Positions 1 to 10,279 are shown, counted from the stretch's first letter. The stretch is DNA of 34,579 bases from an uncultured Muribaculaceae bacterium (GCA_964431465.1 CAYSKE010000001.1:1-34579), one strand, 5' to 3'. Numbers and translations are program-made. Notes: a model not told the origin generated them from the sequence alone.

Positions 1-574
<574 letters not shown>

Positions 575-626
575 TTACGCGTAGCCTGCGACTGATTGGA
601 TAGCCGGGGCTCACTTTATTTTAGCG

Positions 627-634
627 CAAAGATA
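627..634 (-). promoter_or_regulatory. -7 box (TATCTTTG) upstream of proS
   Basis: The minus strand reads TATCTTTG (plus-strand caaagata at 627..634), about 120 nt upstream of the proS ATG. No -33 element at proper spacing. Confidence 0.35.
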
Positions 635-666
635 ATAACCTTTTTTCAAAAATGCCATTATAATGC

Positions 667-674
667 TATATTTG
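667..674 (+). promoter_or_regulatory. -7 box (TATATTTG) upstream of dnaN
   Basis: TATATTTG at 667..674 matches TAnnTTTG and lies 70 nt upstream of the dnaN ATG in the proS/dnaN divergent region. No clear -33 element is present. Confidence 0.4.
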
Positions 675-743
675 CATTCCTGAAAATATGCACCGCAAAA
701 TCGGGGCAAAGAAGTCGAATAAACGCAAAATCACATACACAGC

Positions 744-1871
744 ATGAGATTCAACGTATCCAGCAAGATGCTTTATAGCCATGCTTCGGCTGTAAGCAAA
801 GTCATCAATTCAAAAAATGCGATGACAATTCTTAATAATTTTCTTTTTATCCTGAAAGGAAATCAGTTGACCATAACAGCCTCTGACATCGAAAACACTT
901 TGTCGGCTACTATCGAAGTGAACGATGCCGAAGGCGAAGGTATGTTTTGCGTTGATGCCCGCAAGATAGTCGAGCTTCTTAAAGAGCTTCCCGATCAGGG
1001 GATAAGATTTGATGTTAATGACTCAAACTTCACCATAGAGATAACTTATCTCAATGGCCGTTACAACCTCATCGGATATAACGGGATGGAGTTTCCCAAC
1101 GAGCAAGATGCCGATCCAGCGATACTTGATTTCAAGTGCCCTGCCAAGCAGATACTTAGTGGTATAGACAATACTCTCTTTGCTGTCGGTACTGACGAAC
1201 TCTGGCCTCAGATGATGGGCATTCTTTGGGATCTTAGCCCGGAGTCAATCACTTTTGTCTCGACCGACAGCCGTAAGCTCGTAAAATATCAGAACACCGA
1301 GTCGGCTCCCGGTGTGGAAGGATCGTTCATCCTCCCGGTGAAGCCCGCAAATATCTTGAAGAATATACTTTCAGGCGCCGACACAGAGGTGAATGTTGCA
1401 GCCAATGCCAAGAGCGCGACATTTGTCAGCGGTGCCTACACATTCAACTGCCGTTTCATCAAGGGAAATTTCCCTGATTACAACCGTGTGATCCCGAGAA
1501 ACAATCCTTTTAGCCTGACAGTTGACCGTGTGTCGTTCCTTAATGCCCTCAAGCGTGTGGCAATATTTGTCGAGCAAGGTCACGGACTTGTGAAGTTCAA
1601 AATCGAGCCCGACAAGATCATCCTCAAGGCTCAGGACAACACGTTGTGCACATCGGGTATAGAGACAGTTGCCAGCTCGTTTACAGGCGAGGGAATGGTG
1701 ATCGGTTTCAGTGCCGTGTTCATCATCGATATTTTCTCGACTCTGAAAAGCGATGAGATTGAGGTTAAACTCAGTGACCCGTCACGTCCCGGACTGTTTG
1801 TTCCCTGCGACAAGAAAGAGGACAGTGAGCTGATTATGCTCCTGATGCCTATGACGGTAACCGACTTCTGA
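744..1871 (+). CDS. dnaN: DNA polymerase III beta subunit (sliding clamp)
   Basis: 375-aa ORF. The N-terminus MRFNVSSKMLYSHASAVSKVINSKNAMTILNNFLF and the C-terminus SRPGLFVP...LIMLLMPM are typical of DnaN, and the length is right. Confidence 0.95.
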   Translation: MRFNVSSKMLYSHASAVSKVINSKNAMTILNNFLFILKGNQLTITASDIENTLSATIEVNDAEGEGMFCVDARKIVELLKELPDQGIRFDVNDSNFTIEITYLNGRYNLIGYNGMEFPNEQDADPAILDFKCPAKQILSGIDNTLFAVGTDELWPQMMGILWDLSPESITFVSTDSRKLVKYQNTESAPGVEGSFILPVKPANILKNILSGADTEVNVAANAKSATFVSGAYTFNCRFIKGNFPDYNRVIPRNNPFSLTVDRVSFLNALKRVAIFVEQGHGLVKFKIEPDKIILKAQDNTLCTSGIETVASSFTGEGMVIGFSAVFIIDIFSTLKSDEIEVKLSDPSRPGLFVPCDKKEDSELIMLLMPMTVTDF

Positions 1872-1876
1872 ATAAA

Positions 1877-2653
1877 ATGAAACTGAAAATCGACAAACCG
1901 GTCATGTTCTTTGATCTGGAAACGACCGGTACGAGCATAACCCATGACCGCATTGTAGAAATTTCGATGCTCCGGCTTGATCCCGGAGCCGATGAACCGC
2001 GTGAATGGACGATAAGAATTAATCCCGGCCGGCATATTCCGGAGGAGGCTACTGCGATTCATCATATAACCGACGAAGATGTGGCTGAATGTCCTAAATT
2101 CAGCGACATGGCCGAGAAGATTGCAATGGCTTTTGCCGGATGTGATATCGCAGGATTCAATTCAACAAAATTTGATCTGCCGCTTCTGTGCGAGGAGATG
2201 GCGCGTGCGAGAGTGCATTTCGACATAACATCGGCACGACTGATCGATGTGCAGAATATCTTTCACAAGAAAGAGAAACGCACTCTCTCGGCTGCTTACC
2301 GTTTCTATTGCGATAAGGATCTTGAGGGGGCACACTCAGCAAATGCCGACACACGTGCCACCTATGAGGTGCTTCTCGCGCAACTTGACCGATATGAAGA
2401 CCTCCCGGTTGATACAGAGGGGCTTGCCAAGTTCTCGGCGATGAATGACTCGGTTGATCTCATGGGACGCTTCGTGAGAGATTCATCGGGCAATATCGTG
2501 TTTAACTTCGGTAAGTTCAAAGGGCAGAAGGTTGAGGATGTGCTTCGCAAAACTCCGTCGTACTACACATGGATGATCGAAGGCGATTTTCCTGTGAACA
2601 CAAAGGCAGTGCTGAGCTCGATCTACAACCGCATGAAAATGGGGTGTAAGTGA
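1877..2653 (+). CDS. DEDD-family 3'-5' exonuclease (DnaQ/epsilon-like) with an extra C-terminal domain
   Basis: 258 aa. The ExoI motif is MFFDLETTG, and HSANADTRATYEVL matches an ExoIII-like H-x4-D motif. The C-terminal FNFGKFKGQKVEDVL...YYTWM segment is an appended small domain. The gene starts 5 nt after dnaN. Confidence 0.85.
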   Translation: MKLKIDKPVMFFDLETTGTSITHDRIVEISMLRLDPGADEPREWTIRINPGRHIPEEATAIHHITDEDVAECPKFSDMAEKIAMAFAGCDIAGFNSTKFDLPLLCEEMARARVHFDITSARLIDVQNIFHKKEKRTLSAAYRFYCDKDLEGAHSANADTRATYEVLLAQLDRYEDLPVDTEGLAKFSAMNDSVDLMGRFVRDSSGNIVFNFGKFKGQKVEDVLRKTPSYYTWMIEGDFPVNTKAVLSSIYNRMKMGCK

Positions 2654-2676
2654 TAAAGCATGACGATATGGGAATC

Positions 2677-3876
2677 ATGAAAGGAAAACATATCGTTGTG
2701 GGAGTGTGCGGAGGAATTGCCGCATATAAGACTGCATCACTTGTAAGGCTTTTTGTGAAAGCCGGTGCCGAGGTGCAGGTGGTGATGACCCCGTCGGCTA
2801 AAGAGTTTATCACTCCATTGACAATGTCGACGTTGAGCCGGCGTGCCGTCATTACTGAATTTTTCACAGCCAACACGGGGGAGTGGCATAGCCATGTCGA
2901 CCTCGGTCTATGGGCAGATGCTTTTGTAGTGGCTCCTGCCACAGCCTGCACACTTGGCAAGATGGTCACGGGAATAGCTGATAATATGCTTGTGACCTCC
3001 TACTTGTCGACTCGTGGAAAGGTGTTTGTAGCTCCTGCAATGGATCTCGACATGATGTCGCATCCTTCTACCCGAAGCAACCTTGAGATATTGCGCAGTC
3101 GCGGAGTGACGGTGATAGAGCCGCGTGACGGTGAACTTGCCAGTGCTCTCATAGGCAAGGGGCGTATGGAGGAGCCTGAGGGGATCTTTGAGGCTGTCGA
3201 AAGGTATTTCTCGAAAACGGCCGATCTATCGGGAAAGAGACTGCTGATAACTGTGGGGCCAACCTACGAGAAGATTGATCCGGTGAGATTTATCGGTAAC
3301 TATTCAACCGGGAAAATGGGTTGCTGCATTGCTGATGAAGCGGCCGACCGTGGGGCTGAAGTAGTGCTTATCGCCGGGCCGATGACGGCTCACCCCGAGA
3401 ATGGCAATATCCGCATTGTCAGGGTGGAGTCGGCACTGGAGATGCTTGAGGCTTGTGAGAAAGAGTGGGCATCGTGTGACGCCGGAATTATGGCTGCCGC
3501 GGTCGCCGATTATCGTCCGGAATCGTGTGCATCAATAAAAATCAAGCGTGAGGAGTCAGGAATCCCGGAGTTGAGACTTGTCAAGAATCCTGATATTGCC
3601 GCAACTCTTGGCCAAAAGAAGCGTGATGAGCAGCTGCTATGCGGTTTTGCGTTGGAAACCAACGATGAGATGGCACATGGTCTTGCCAAAATGAGAAGAA
3701 AGAACCTCGACATGATTGTGGTGAATTCTCTCAAAGATAAGGGTGCCGGCTTTGGTGTCGATACCAATGTCGTTACCATCATTCATTCCGACGGACGCGA
3801 GACACGTTATCCGCTCAAAAGCAAGCGTGAGGTTGCCGCAGATGTGATTGACGAGTTGTTTGGACTGAATAGATGA
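2677..3876 (+). CDS. coaBC: Bifunctional phosphopantothenoylcysteine decarboxylase / phosphopantothenate-cysteine ligase
   Basis: MKGKHIVVGVCGGIAAYKTASLVRLFVKAGAEVQVVMTPSA is the flavoprotein N-terminal signature. The C-terminal half contains VGPTYEKIDPVRFIGNYSTGKMG, the CoaB motif. Start chosen at the ATG at 2677. ATG 2668 or GTG 2650 (overlapping the upstream stop) are alternatives. Confidence 0.93.
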   Translation: MKGKHIVVGVCGGIAAYKTASLVRLFVKAGAEVQVVMTPSAKEFITPLTMSTLSRRAVITEFFTANTGEWHSHVDLGLWADAFVVAPATACTLGKMVTGIADNMLVTSYLSTRGKVFVAPAMDLDMMSHPSTRSNLEILRSRGVTVIEPRDGELASALIGKGRMEEPEGIFEAVERYFSKTADLSGKRLLITVGPTYEKIDPVRFIGNYSTGKMGCCIADEAADRGAEVVLIAGPMTAHPENGNIRIVRVESALEMLEACEKEWASCDAGIMAAAVADYRPESCASIKIKREESGIPELRLVKNPDIAATLGQKKRDEQLLCGFALETNDEMAHGLAKMRRKNLDMIVVNSLKDKGAGFGVDTNVVTIIHSDGRETRYPLKSKREVAADVIDELFGLNR

Positions 3877-4802
3877 GACTGAAAAAGGGGTGTGGCATCA
3901 GCCGGCTGAAGGGAGTGATGATTGCGCTATTGATGCTTTGTGTGTCGACGGCTTATTGTCAGGAGCTTAACTGTAAGGTGGAGATAAACGCCGATCAGGT
4001 GGAAGTCACTTCGCGGCAGGCTGTAGAAGCTTTGCAGACAGCAGTGTATGACTACATGAACTCAACTTCGTTCACCGATGTGAAATTTGAACCGGAGGAG
4101 AGAATCGACTGCCGGTTGTTTTTTGCGATCAAGTCATGTGACGGAGAGAATTTTACTGCTGACTTGCAGGTGCAGTCGTCGCGACCGGTATTTGATTCGA
4201 CCTACACGACCCAACTGATCAACCTGAAGGACAATGACCTGAAATTTGTATTCAGGCAGGGAGGTGAACTTAAATTTTCAGAAACCACGGTGGAAAGCCA
4301 GCTTAACGCTGTGCTTGACTTCTATGCTTACCTGATTTTAGCAATGGATTCCGACAGCTTTTCAAAGCGTGGAGGCGATGAGTATTTTGCGAGTGCCGAC
4401 AGGATTGTGCAGATGGGGCAGAGCATGGGTGAAAAGGGATGGAGGCAGTATGAGAGTCCGACAAGTCGTGGAGCGATACTTGCAGCGTGGATGAATCCTG
4501 CCACTGCGCCTTTGAGAGACCTGAATTACCGCTATCACCGTGAAGGGCTTGATGTGATGGCTGCAGACACTAAAAATGGTCAGGAGGCTATCACAAACGG
4601 GATTAAAGAAATTCTGCCGGATGTGTATAACACAAATCCGATGAGTGTGGGGCTCACCATGTGGCGTGATGCAAAACTTGACGAAACCGTGAGCATCTGC
4701 GCTAATGACGGTGTTGCCGACAGGAAGAAGATTGCTGAAATGTTGAAAGACATATTTCCGGCAGATATTGAAACAATAAACCGAATAGAAAACAAAAGAT
4801 GA
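3873..4802 (+). CDS. DUF4835-family secreted or outer-membrane-associated protein (I recall some recent annotations naming this family T9SS PorD-like; unverified here)
   Basis: 309 aa. It has a signal-peptide-like N-terminus (MIALLMLCVSTAYCQE), then LNCKVEINADQV...LQVQSSRPVFDSTY...LDFYAYLILAMDSDSF...YRYHREGLD. This matches my memory of the DUF4835 family, which commonly follows coaBC in Bacteroidota. The ATGA overlap with the coaBC stop is at 3873..3876. The ATG at 3918 is an alternative start. Confidence 0.75.
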   Translation: MRLKKGCGISRLKGVMIALLMLCVSTAYCQELNCKVEINADQVEVTSRQAVEALQTAVYDYMNSTSFTDVKFEPEERIDCRLFFAIKSCDGENFTADLQVQSSRPVFDSTYTTQLINLKDNDLKFVFRQGGELKFSETTVESQLNAVLDFYAYLILAMDSDSFSKRGGDEYFASADRIVQMGQSMGEKGWRQYESPTSRGAILAAWMNPATAPLRDLNYRYHREGLDVMAADTKNGQEAITNGIKEILPDVYNTNPMSVGLTMWRDAKLDETVSICANDGVADRKKIAEMLKDIFPADIETINRIENKR

Positions 4803-5998
4803 CAACTATTCCGATATATTTCTCATTTGATCTGGGGTTGCCTGAAATTGTACTGGCCGGTGTGGCGTGGCTAATGCTATTATTGGCTCTGTGGCCTCTG
4901 ATGTTTTTGTTGCGTCCGCGCCGCCGGCAAAAGAAAATCACTGAGGATATAAGTGCGCCGATAGGTGGATGGCCGGGCATCTCTATTGTGGTTTACTGCC
5001 GCGATGAGGCGACTTCGCTGGAGCAGTTGCTTGAAAAACTTTTTGCACAGGAATATGACGGCGAGTTTGAGATAATAATATCAAGTGACGGCCGAAATAA
5101 GGATATTGACGGCGTGGTGATGCGCCAGATGTCAAAATTCAACAAGATGCGCGTCACATTTGTGCCTGATGAGGCAAGGAGTCTTTCGCGAAGAAAGATG
5201 GCTTTCACGCTTGGCATAAAGGCTGCCCAATATGATATCGTGCTTCTCACTTATGCCGATACGATTGTAGGATCAAAGAAATGGCTTGCTTCGGTTGCTT
5301 CACAGTTTGAGCCGGGTAAAGATGTGGTGATCGGTGCGGCAATACCTAAGAGGTTGTATGGTAGAGGAATCCCACGCATGATGCGACGTCTGGATCTCGA
5401 GCTGACAACACTCACATGGATTTCATCGGCGATAGGTGGAAAGACTTTCAGAGGTGAAGGACACAATCTGGCGTTCAGGAAAGAAATATTTTTTAAGCAC
5501 AAGGGGTATTCACGGACATTGAATCTTCACTATGGCGATGATGATTTGTTTGTGGATGAGATAAGCACCCGCGACAACACGGCGGTGAATCTGCGTCCTG
5601 AAGGGCTTGTGAAGATCGACTGGCATTCACCCAAGCACATGATGCGCGATGAATCGTCGCGGAGACTTTACACAACGCGCCGTTTAGGCTGCGGGCCGAG
5701 GGCTCTTGTGTCGCTGCTTGTGTGGACGACATGGCTGAATCTTGCTGCGGTGGTAGCCGGAGGGGTCTATTACTATTGCAACGGTTTCATGATCGCTCTG
5801 CTTGCTACCGCATTTTTGGCTTATTGGATAATCGTGTCGGTGAGTCTGAGCAGAGCGGGAAAGTTCCTCAGGCTGCGAATGCCGGTTTTGTGGCTAATTC
5901 CGTCGCTCATGTTGCGGCCGCTCCTGAGTTTCAAGCGCAGACTGCGAATGCTGAAAAACCGCTCCACCAACTTCACGTGGCATAAATTGCCAAAATAG
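4799..5998 (+). CDS. Membrane-anchored family-2 glycosyltransferase (GT2)
   Basis: 399 aa. An N-terminal TM segment (IVLAGVAWLMLLLALWPLMFLL) is followed by a GT-A fold signature, ISIVVYCRDEATSLEQLLEKLFAQEYDGEFEIIISSDG...YDIVLLTYADT...HYGDDDLF. C-terminal TM helices are present. ATGA overlap with the upstream stop at 4799..4802. Confidence 0.75.
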   Translation: MTTIPIYFSFDLGLPEIVLAGVAWLMLLLALWPLMFLLRPRRRQKKITEDISAPIGGWPGISIVVYCRDEATSLEQLLEKLFAQEYDGEFEIIISSDGRNKDIDGVVMRQMSKFNKMRVTFVPDEARSLSRRKMAFTLGIKAAQYDIVLLTYADTIVGSKKWLASVASQFEPGKDVVIGAAIPKRLYGRGIPRMMRRLDLELTTLTWISSAIGGKTFRGEGHNLAFRKEIFFKHKGYSRTLNLHYGDDDLFVDEISTRDNTAVNLRPEGLVKIDWHSPKHMMRDESSRRLYTTRRLGCGPRALVSLLVWTTWLNLAAVVAGGVYYYCNGFMIALLATAFLAYWIIVSVSLSRAGKFLRLRMPVLWLIPSLMLRPLLSFKRRLRMLKNRSTNFTWHKLPK

Positions 5999-6048
5999 AC
6001 GAAACAATATCCGGGGTGCCGGTTGTTATAAAACAAAAAACGATTTTT

Positions 6049-6801
6049 ATGGAGAATAAATCAGTTGAGAAGACTTTGCTTGAGCGTCGTAGCATACGGC
6101 GATATGAGCGCGAAGCAATAGCGGCCGAGGATATGAACTTTATCTATGAAGCCATCCGCAACACACCGACAAGCTACAATGGCCAGCAGTTCAGTGTGAT
6201 CGATGTGGTTTCTCAGGATAAAAAGGAAGCACTCTATGAGATCATCGGACAAAAACAGATAAAGACATGCAATCACTTCCTTGTGTTCTGCATGGATTAT
6301 AACAAGATATCTAAACTCGCTGCTGCCAAGGGAGTCGAGATGCCGGAGTTTGTCGACACAATGGATGGTGTGACAGTAGGTATCATTGATGCATCACTTG
6401 CCTTGATGAGCGCAATGGTGGCCGCTGAATCACGCGGACTCGGCACTAATGCGATCGGGTATGCCCGCACCGCTAACTCGGCTGCTGTGTCGAAGATGCT
6501 TAATCTGCCCAAAGGAGTGTTTGTGGTGTGTGGACTTGCAATCGGAGTGCCGCGTGAGATGCCGGATCTGAAACCGAAGATGCCGCTGTCGGCGATAATC
6601 CACACCGACAGTTACAACGATGAGGGGCTGGTAGAAACGCTTGAAGCCTACGATGCCGAGATAAAACACTACAATGCCACACGAGCCGGTGCAAAGACCG
6701 ATAACGACTGGTTGAATCATATACTGGGATATTACACCGAGGCTTGCAAGTATGAGATACTAAAAGCTCTGAAAGATCAAGGCTTTGATGTGAAGAAATA
6801 A
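6049..6801 (+). CDS. Nitroreductase-family NAD(P)H-dependent oxidoreductase (NfsA-like)
   Basis: MENKSVEKTLLERRSIRRYE...TPTSYNGQQFSVIDV...LALMSAMVAAESRGLG is a classic nitroreductase signature of about 250 aa. Start set to the ATG at 6049; the track start at 6016 is a GTG extension. Confidence 0.85.
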   Translation: MENKSVEKTLLERRSIRRYEREAIAAEDMNFIYEAIRNTPTSYNGQQFSVIDVVSQDKKEALYEIIGQKQIKTCNHFLVFCMDYNKISKLAAAKGVEMPEFVDTMDGVTVGIIDASLALMSAMVAAESRGLGTNAIGYARTANSAAVSKMLNLPKGVFVVCGLAIGVPREMPDLKPKMPLSAIIHTDSYNDEGLVETLEAYDAEIKHYNATRAGAKTDNDWLNHILGYYTEACKYEILKALKDQGFDVKK

Positions 6802-6806
6802 TGAGA

Positions 6807-6838
6807 CGGGCGCCGCAAATGTGGCGCCCGGGCTTTTT
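6807..6838. terminator. Bidirectional intrinsic terminator between the convergent nitroreductase and uxuB genes
   Basis: The left arm cgggcgccgc (6807..6816) pairs with gtggcgcccg (6821..6830) in a 10-bp GC-rich stem with one G.U pair and a 4-nt loop (aaat). A TTTTT run follows at 6834..6838. T-rich sequence follows on the other strand as well. Confidence 0.7.
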
Positions 6839-6860
6839 AAGTGCTTTAGATCTTTAACTG

Positions 6861-7673
6861 TTACATGGTGAAGGCATTGAAGCCGCCGTCGACTATGGCT
6901 ACTGTTCCGGTGACAAAGGCCGATGCTTCGGAGATAAGGTAGTGAATTGTACCGCATAATTCCTCAGGATCGCCGAAACGACCGAAGGGAGTCTGGCGGA
7001 TTACATCTGCTCCGCGTTTTGTGAGAGACCCGTCGGGGTTTGTGAGGAGCGCACGGTTCTGATTTGTGAGGAAGAAGCCGGGTGCAATGGCGTTGATGCG
7101 TATGCCGGGTGTGAATTTTGTGGCTATCTCGGTTGCCATGTAGGCGGTGAAGTTTGAGATGCCTGCCTTAGCCGCAGAATAGCCGAGGACGCGAGTGAGT
7201 GGGCGGAATGCGGCCATAGATGAAAAGTTCACGATGGCTCCTTTCCCTGCTTCAACCATGGGGCGCAGGAAGACTTGCGTGGGTATGACCGAACCGGTCA
7301 GGTTAAGGTCGAGCACTTTGCGGAAATGGTCGGGATCAATGTCGAAGAACGTGCCGTCGGGCGGGATAGTGGCACCGGGCATATTGCCGCCGGCTGCGTT
7401 AAGTAGTGCATCGACACGACCATAGCGTGCGATAATGTCATCACAGTTTTTCTGCACTTTACTGCTGTCGAGTACGTCGGTCTCAAGGAAGAGTGCTTCA
7501 CCGCCGGCAGCGGTGATTTCGCTGACAATGCTATTGCCTTCATCGGCGCGTCGGCCAAGAATGACTACACGCGCTTTCTGCCCTGCAAGATAAGTAGCTA
7601 TGCAACGACCAAGTACACCTGTGCCACCGGTGATGACCACTACGTGGCTTGATATGTCAAAAAGATTTTTCAT
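6861..7673 (-). CDS. uxuB: SDR-family oxidoreductase, probable D-mannonate oxidoreductase (fructuronate reductase)
   Basis: 270 aa. It carries the VVVITGGTGVLG Rossmann motif, NAAG, and the YSAAK catalytic Y-x3-K. It is the last gene of the uxaC-uxuA cluster, with an ATGA overlap onto the uxuA stop (7670..7673). The specific substrate is inferred from context. Confidence 0.75.
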   Translation of the reverse strand: MKNLFDISSHVVVITGGTGVLGRCIATYLAGQKARVVILGRRADEGNSIVSEITAAGGEALFLETDVLDSSKVQKNCDDIIARYGRVDALLNAAGGNMPGATIPPDGTFFDIDPDHFRKVLDLNLTGSVIPTQVFLRPMVEAGKGAIVNFSSMAAFRPLTRVLGYSAAKAGISNFTAYMATEIATKFTPGIRINAIAPGFFLTNQNRALLTNPDGSLTKRGADVIRQTPFGRFGDPEELCGTIHYLISEASAFVTGTVAIVDGGFNAFTM

Positions 7674-8863
7674 TGCTGTGGGTTGTTTTGTTCGTGAAGG
7701 TATCGGTCGACGGTTGCCATCACTCCGTCTATCTGACCGAGGGCAAGCATGCGACCGTGGAATGAGTAGCCGGCGTTGTATGCTTTACCGGCATCGTCGA
7801 GCATGAGGCGGCCGTGGTCGACGCGCATAGGGAGAGAGGGATTGATGGATTCAAAAGTGCGCACAAGTGAGATTATATCGGCACGTCCGCCGAGATGACT
7901 TGCTTCGCGGAAGTCGCCTCCGGGAAGCACCTCACAGCTGCGCAGATGCACGAACCATGTGCGGTGAGCAAACTCACGTGCCATAGCGGGAACATCGTTG
8001 TGCGCTCCGGCACTGAGTGATCCGGCACAGAACGTCAATCCATTGTGAGGATCGTCGACTGCGTCGAACAGCCAGCGGATATCGTCGGCTGATGAGACGA
8101 TGCGCGGTAGCCCAAGCACCTGCATGGGAGGATCGTCGGGGTGAACACACATGCGAATGTCGTACTCACGGCATACGGGCATGATCGCTTCGAGAAAATA
8201 TTTCATGTTATCGCGAAGCTGGTCACGGCTTATCCCGTCGTAGAGGCTGAGTATCTGACGGAATTTTTCAAGCGGATCATCCTCTTTTCCGGTAATGTTG
8301 CCGTTGACAAAGCCCTGTGTGCGGATGATTATGTTTTCGACAAGGCGGGCATCATCGGCAGGAGTCATGCGGGATTTCAGTTCTTCCACACGGCTGAGGG
8401 TAGCGGCATCCCAATCATCGGCAGCTCCCTTACGTTTCAGGAGGTGTATGTCGAAATAGGCAAATTCCGCGCGATTGAAATACAAGGATTTTGTTCCGTC
8501 GGGGTTGGGATGCTCAAGGTCGGTGCGCGCCCAGTCGAGAACCGGCATGAAATTGTAGCATATCGTGCGCACTCCGGCTTTGCCGAGATTGCGCAGACTT
8601 TCGATATAATTGGCGATCAACCTGTCACGGTCGGGTGAGCCATACTTTATCCCTTCGCTGACAGGCAGACTCTCCACAACACTCCATTTCAGTCCTGCCG
8701 ACTCGATAAAATGTTTCATTTTATTGATTTCGTCAAGCGACCAGATTTCACCGTTGGGGATGTGGTGCAGAGAAGTCACGATGCCTTCGACACCGATCTG
8801 GCGAAGTGTGTCAAGAGTAATTATATCGTCGGGGCCAAACCACCGCCATGTTTTCTCCATCAT
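7670..8863 (-). CDS. uxuA: Mannonate dehydratase
   Basis: MMEKTWRWFGPDDIITLDTLRQIGVEGIVTSLHHIPNGEIW... is the canonical UxuA N-terminus, giving about 397 aa. The track ORF (to 9094) carries a 77-codon extension that overlaps uxaC, which I reject. Start is the ATG at 8863 (or 8860). Confidence 0.93.
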   Translation of the reverse strand: MMEKTWRWFGPDDIITLDTLRQIGVEGIVTSLHHIPNGEIWSLDEINKMKHFIESAGLKWSVVESLPVSEGIKYGSPDRDRLIANYIESLRNLGKAGVRTICYNFMPVLDWARTDLEHPNPDGTKSLYFNRAEFAYFDIHLLKRKGAADDWDAATLSRVEELKSRMTPADDARLVENIIIRTQGFVNGNITGKEDDPLEKFRQILSLYDGISRDQLRDNMKYFLEAIMPVCREYDIRMCVHPDDPPMQVLGLPRIVSSADDIRWLFDAVDDPHNGLTFCAGSLSAGAHNDVPAMAREFAHRTWFVHLRSCEVLPGGDFREASHLGGRADIISLVRTFESINPSLPMRVDHGRLMLDDAGKAYNAGYSFHGRMLALGQIDGVMATVDRYLHEQNNPQQ

Positions 8864-8870
8864 ATAAACT

Positions 8871-10277
8871 TCAGAAGTTAAAGTAGTTTTTCGCGTTGTA
8901 GTAAGAAATATCGCTGACCATCGACGCCACGCGGTCAAACTCCTGCATCGGCAGAAGCCCACGCTCCAAGTCGCGGCCGAGCATATTGCAGAGTATGCGG
9001 CGGAAATAGGCGTGGCGTGGATAGGAGAGGAAAGAGCGTGAATCGGTGAGCATGCCGACGAAGCGGCTAAGAAGTCCCTGTGTCGACAAAGCATTCATCT
9101 GCTCTTCCATGCCGGATATGTGGTCGTTGAACCACCATGCAGAGCCAAATTGCATTTTGCCCGGACAGCTCCCATCCTGAAAATTGCCTATCATTGCCGC
9201 AACCCACACATTGTCGGAGGGATTCAGATTGTAGAGAATGGACTTTGCCAACTGACCTGTTCGATCAAGGTTGTTGAGGAACCGGGCAATATTCCCGGCT
9301 CCGCGCCAGTCGCCTATGGTGTCGAAGCCGGTGTCGGGGCCGAGCTTGGCATAAGCGCGTGTATTGACGTTGCGCATCGGGCCGAAGTGGAACTGCTGCA
9401 CCCATCCACTGGCGTGGTTCATGCGGCAAAGCTCGAGCAGAATGGACGTCTGGAGTCTGGAAGATTTCTCGGGGGATAGCTCTTTGCCGGATCGCACTTC
9501 GCTGAAGATCTCGTTGATCTCGCTGTAATCCGCTTCAGCATAGGGGAACGATGAAAGTCCATGATCGGCCAGACGGCATCCCTCGCTGTGGAAGAAATCA
9601 TGACGCTTCTGCAACGCATCGATAAGGGAGTCATAGTCGGTGATCTCAATGCCTGAAACCGCAGAAAGCGTGTCAAGATAAGCGTTGTAACTAACGGCGT
9701 CGCCAATGTTGGCCGCTTTGTCGGGACGCCATGTGGGAAGCACTTTGATGCCAATGTTATTAGCGGCTATCTGCCGATGATAGCGGAGGTCGTCGGTGGG
9801 ATCGTCGGTTGTGCAGACGACCTCGACATTGTAGCGGCGCATCAGTCCGACCGGAGTCATGTCGGGATCTTTCAGCCGCTCGTTGCAACGGTCAAAGATC
9901 TCGCGGGCGGTATCAGGATTAAGTACCGTGTCGATACCAAAAGCAGTGGAGAGCTCAAGATGAGTCCAGTGATACAGTGGATTGCGGAAGGCGCGAGGCA
10001 CCGTGTCGGCCCACTTCTGAAACTTCTCCCAAGGCGTGGCATCGCCAGTGATGAAGTGCTCAGGCACACCATTGGCTCTCATTGCGCGCCATTTGTAGTG
10101 ATCTCCGCCAAGCCATAGCTGTGAAATGGATTCAAACGGCTGATCTTCGGCAATCTCACGTGGCGACAGGTGGCAGTGATAGTCGATAATCGGTAGCGAC
10201 TCGGCATGATTGTGGTAGAGCGTGCGCGCCGCGTCGCTTTCAAGCAGAAAATCTGGAGTAATAAAAGGCTTGTTCAT
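8871..10277 (-). CDS. uxaC: Glucuronate isomerase (uronate isomerase)
   Basis: 468 aa. MNKPFITPDFLLESDAARTLYHNHAESLPIIDYHCHLSPREIAED and WWFNDH are UxaC signatures. Confidence 0.95.
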   Translation of the reverse strand: MNKPFITPDFLLESDAARTLYHNHAESLPIIDYHCHLSPREIAEDQPFESISQLWLGGDHYKWRAMRANGVPEHFITGDATPWEKFQKWADTVPRAFRNPLYHWTHLELSTAFGIDTVLNPDTAREIFDRCNERLKDPDMTPVGLMRRYNVEVVCTTDDPTDDLRYHRQIAANNIGIKVLPTWRPDKAANIGDAVSYNAYLDTLSAVSGIEITDYDSLIDALQKRHDFFHSEGCRLADHGLSSFPYAEADYSEINEIFSEVRSGKELSPEKSSRLQTSILLELCRMNHASGWVQQFHFGPMRNVNTRAYAKLGPDTGFDTIGDWRGAGNIARFLNNLDRTGQLAKSILYNLNPSDNVWVAAMIGNFQDGSCPGKMQFGSAWWFNDHISGMEEQMNALSTQGLLSRFVGMLTDSRSFLSYPRHAYFRRILCNMLGRDLERGLLPMQEFDRVASMVSDISYYNAKNYFNF

Positions 10278-10279
10278 CT

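Noticed and set aside
8864-9094. N-terminal extensions in the ORF track: uxuA to 9094, eda to 12534, nitroreductase from 6016, panC from 15709, panD from 16603, ispE from 20778, upp from 33191 and coaBC from 2650.
   Set aside because: Several extensions overlap the preceding gene's coding sequence. Many start at GTG or TTG. All add residues absent from the conserved family N-termini, and an internal ATG that gives the canonical N-terminus and expected length is available in each case.
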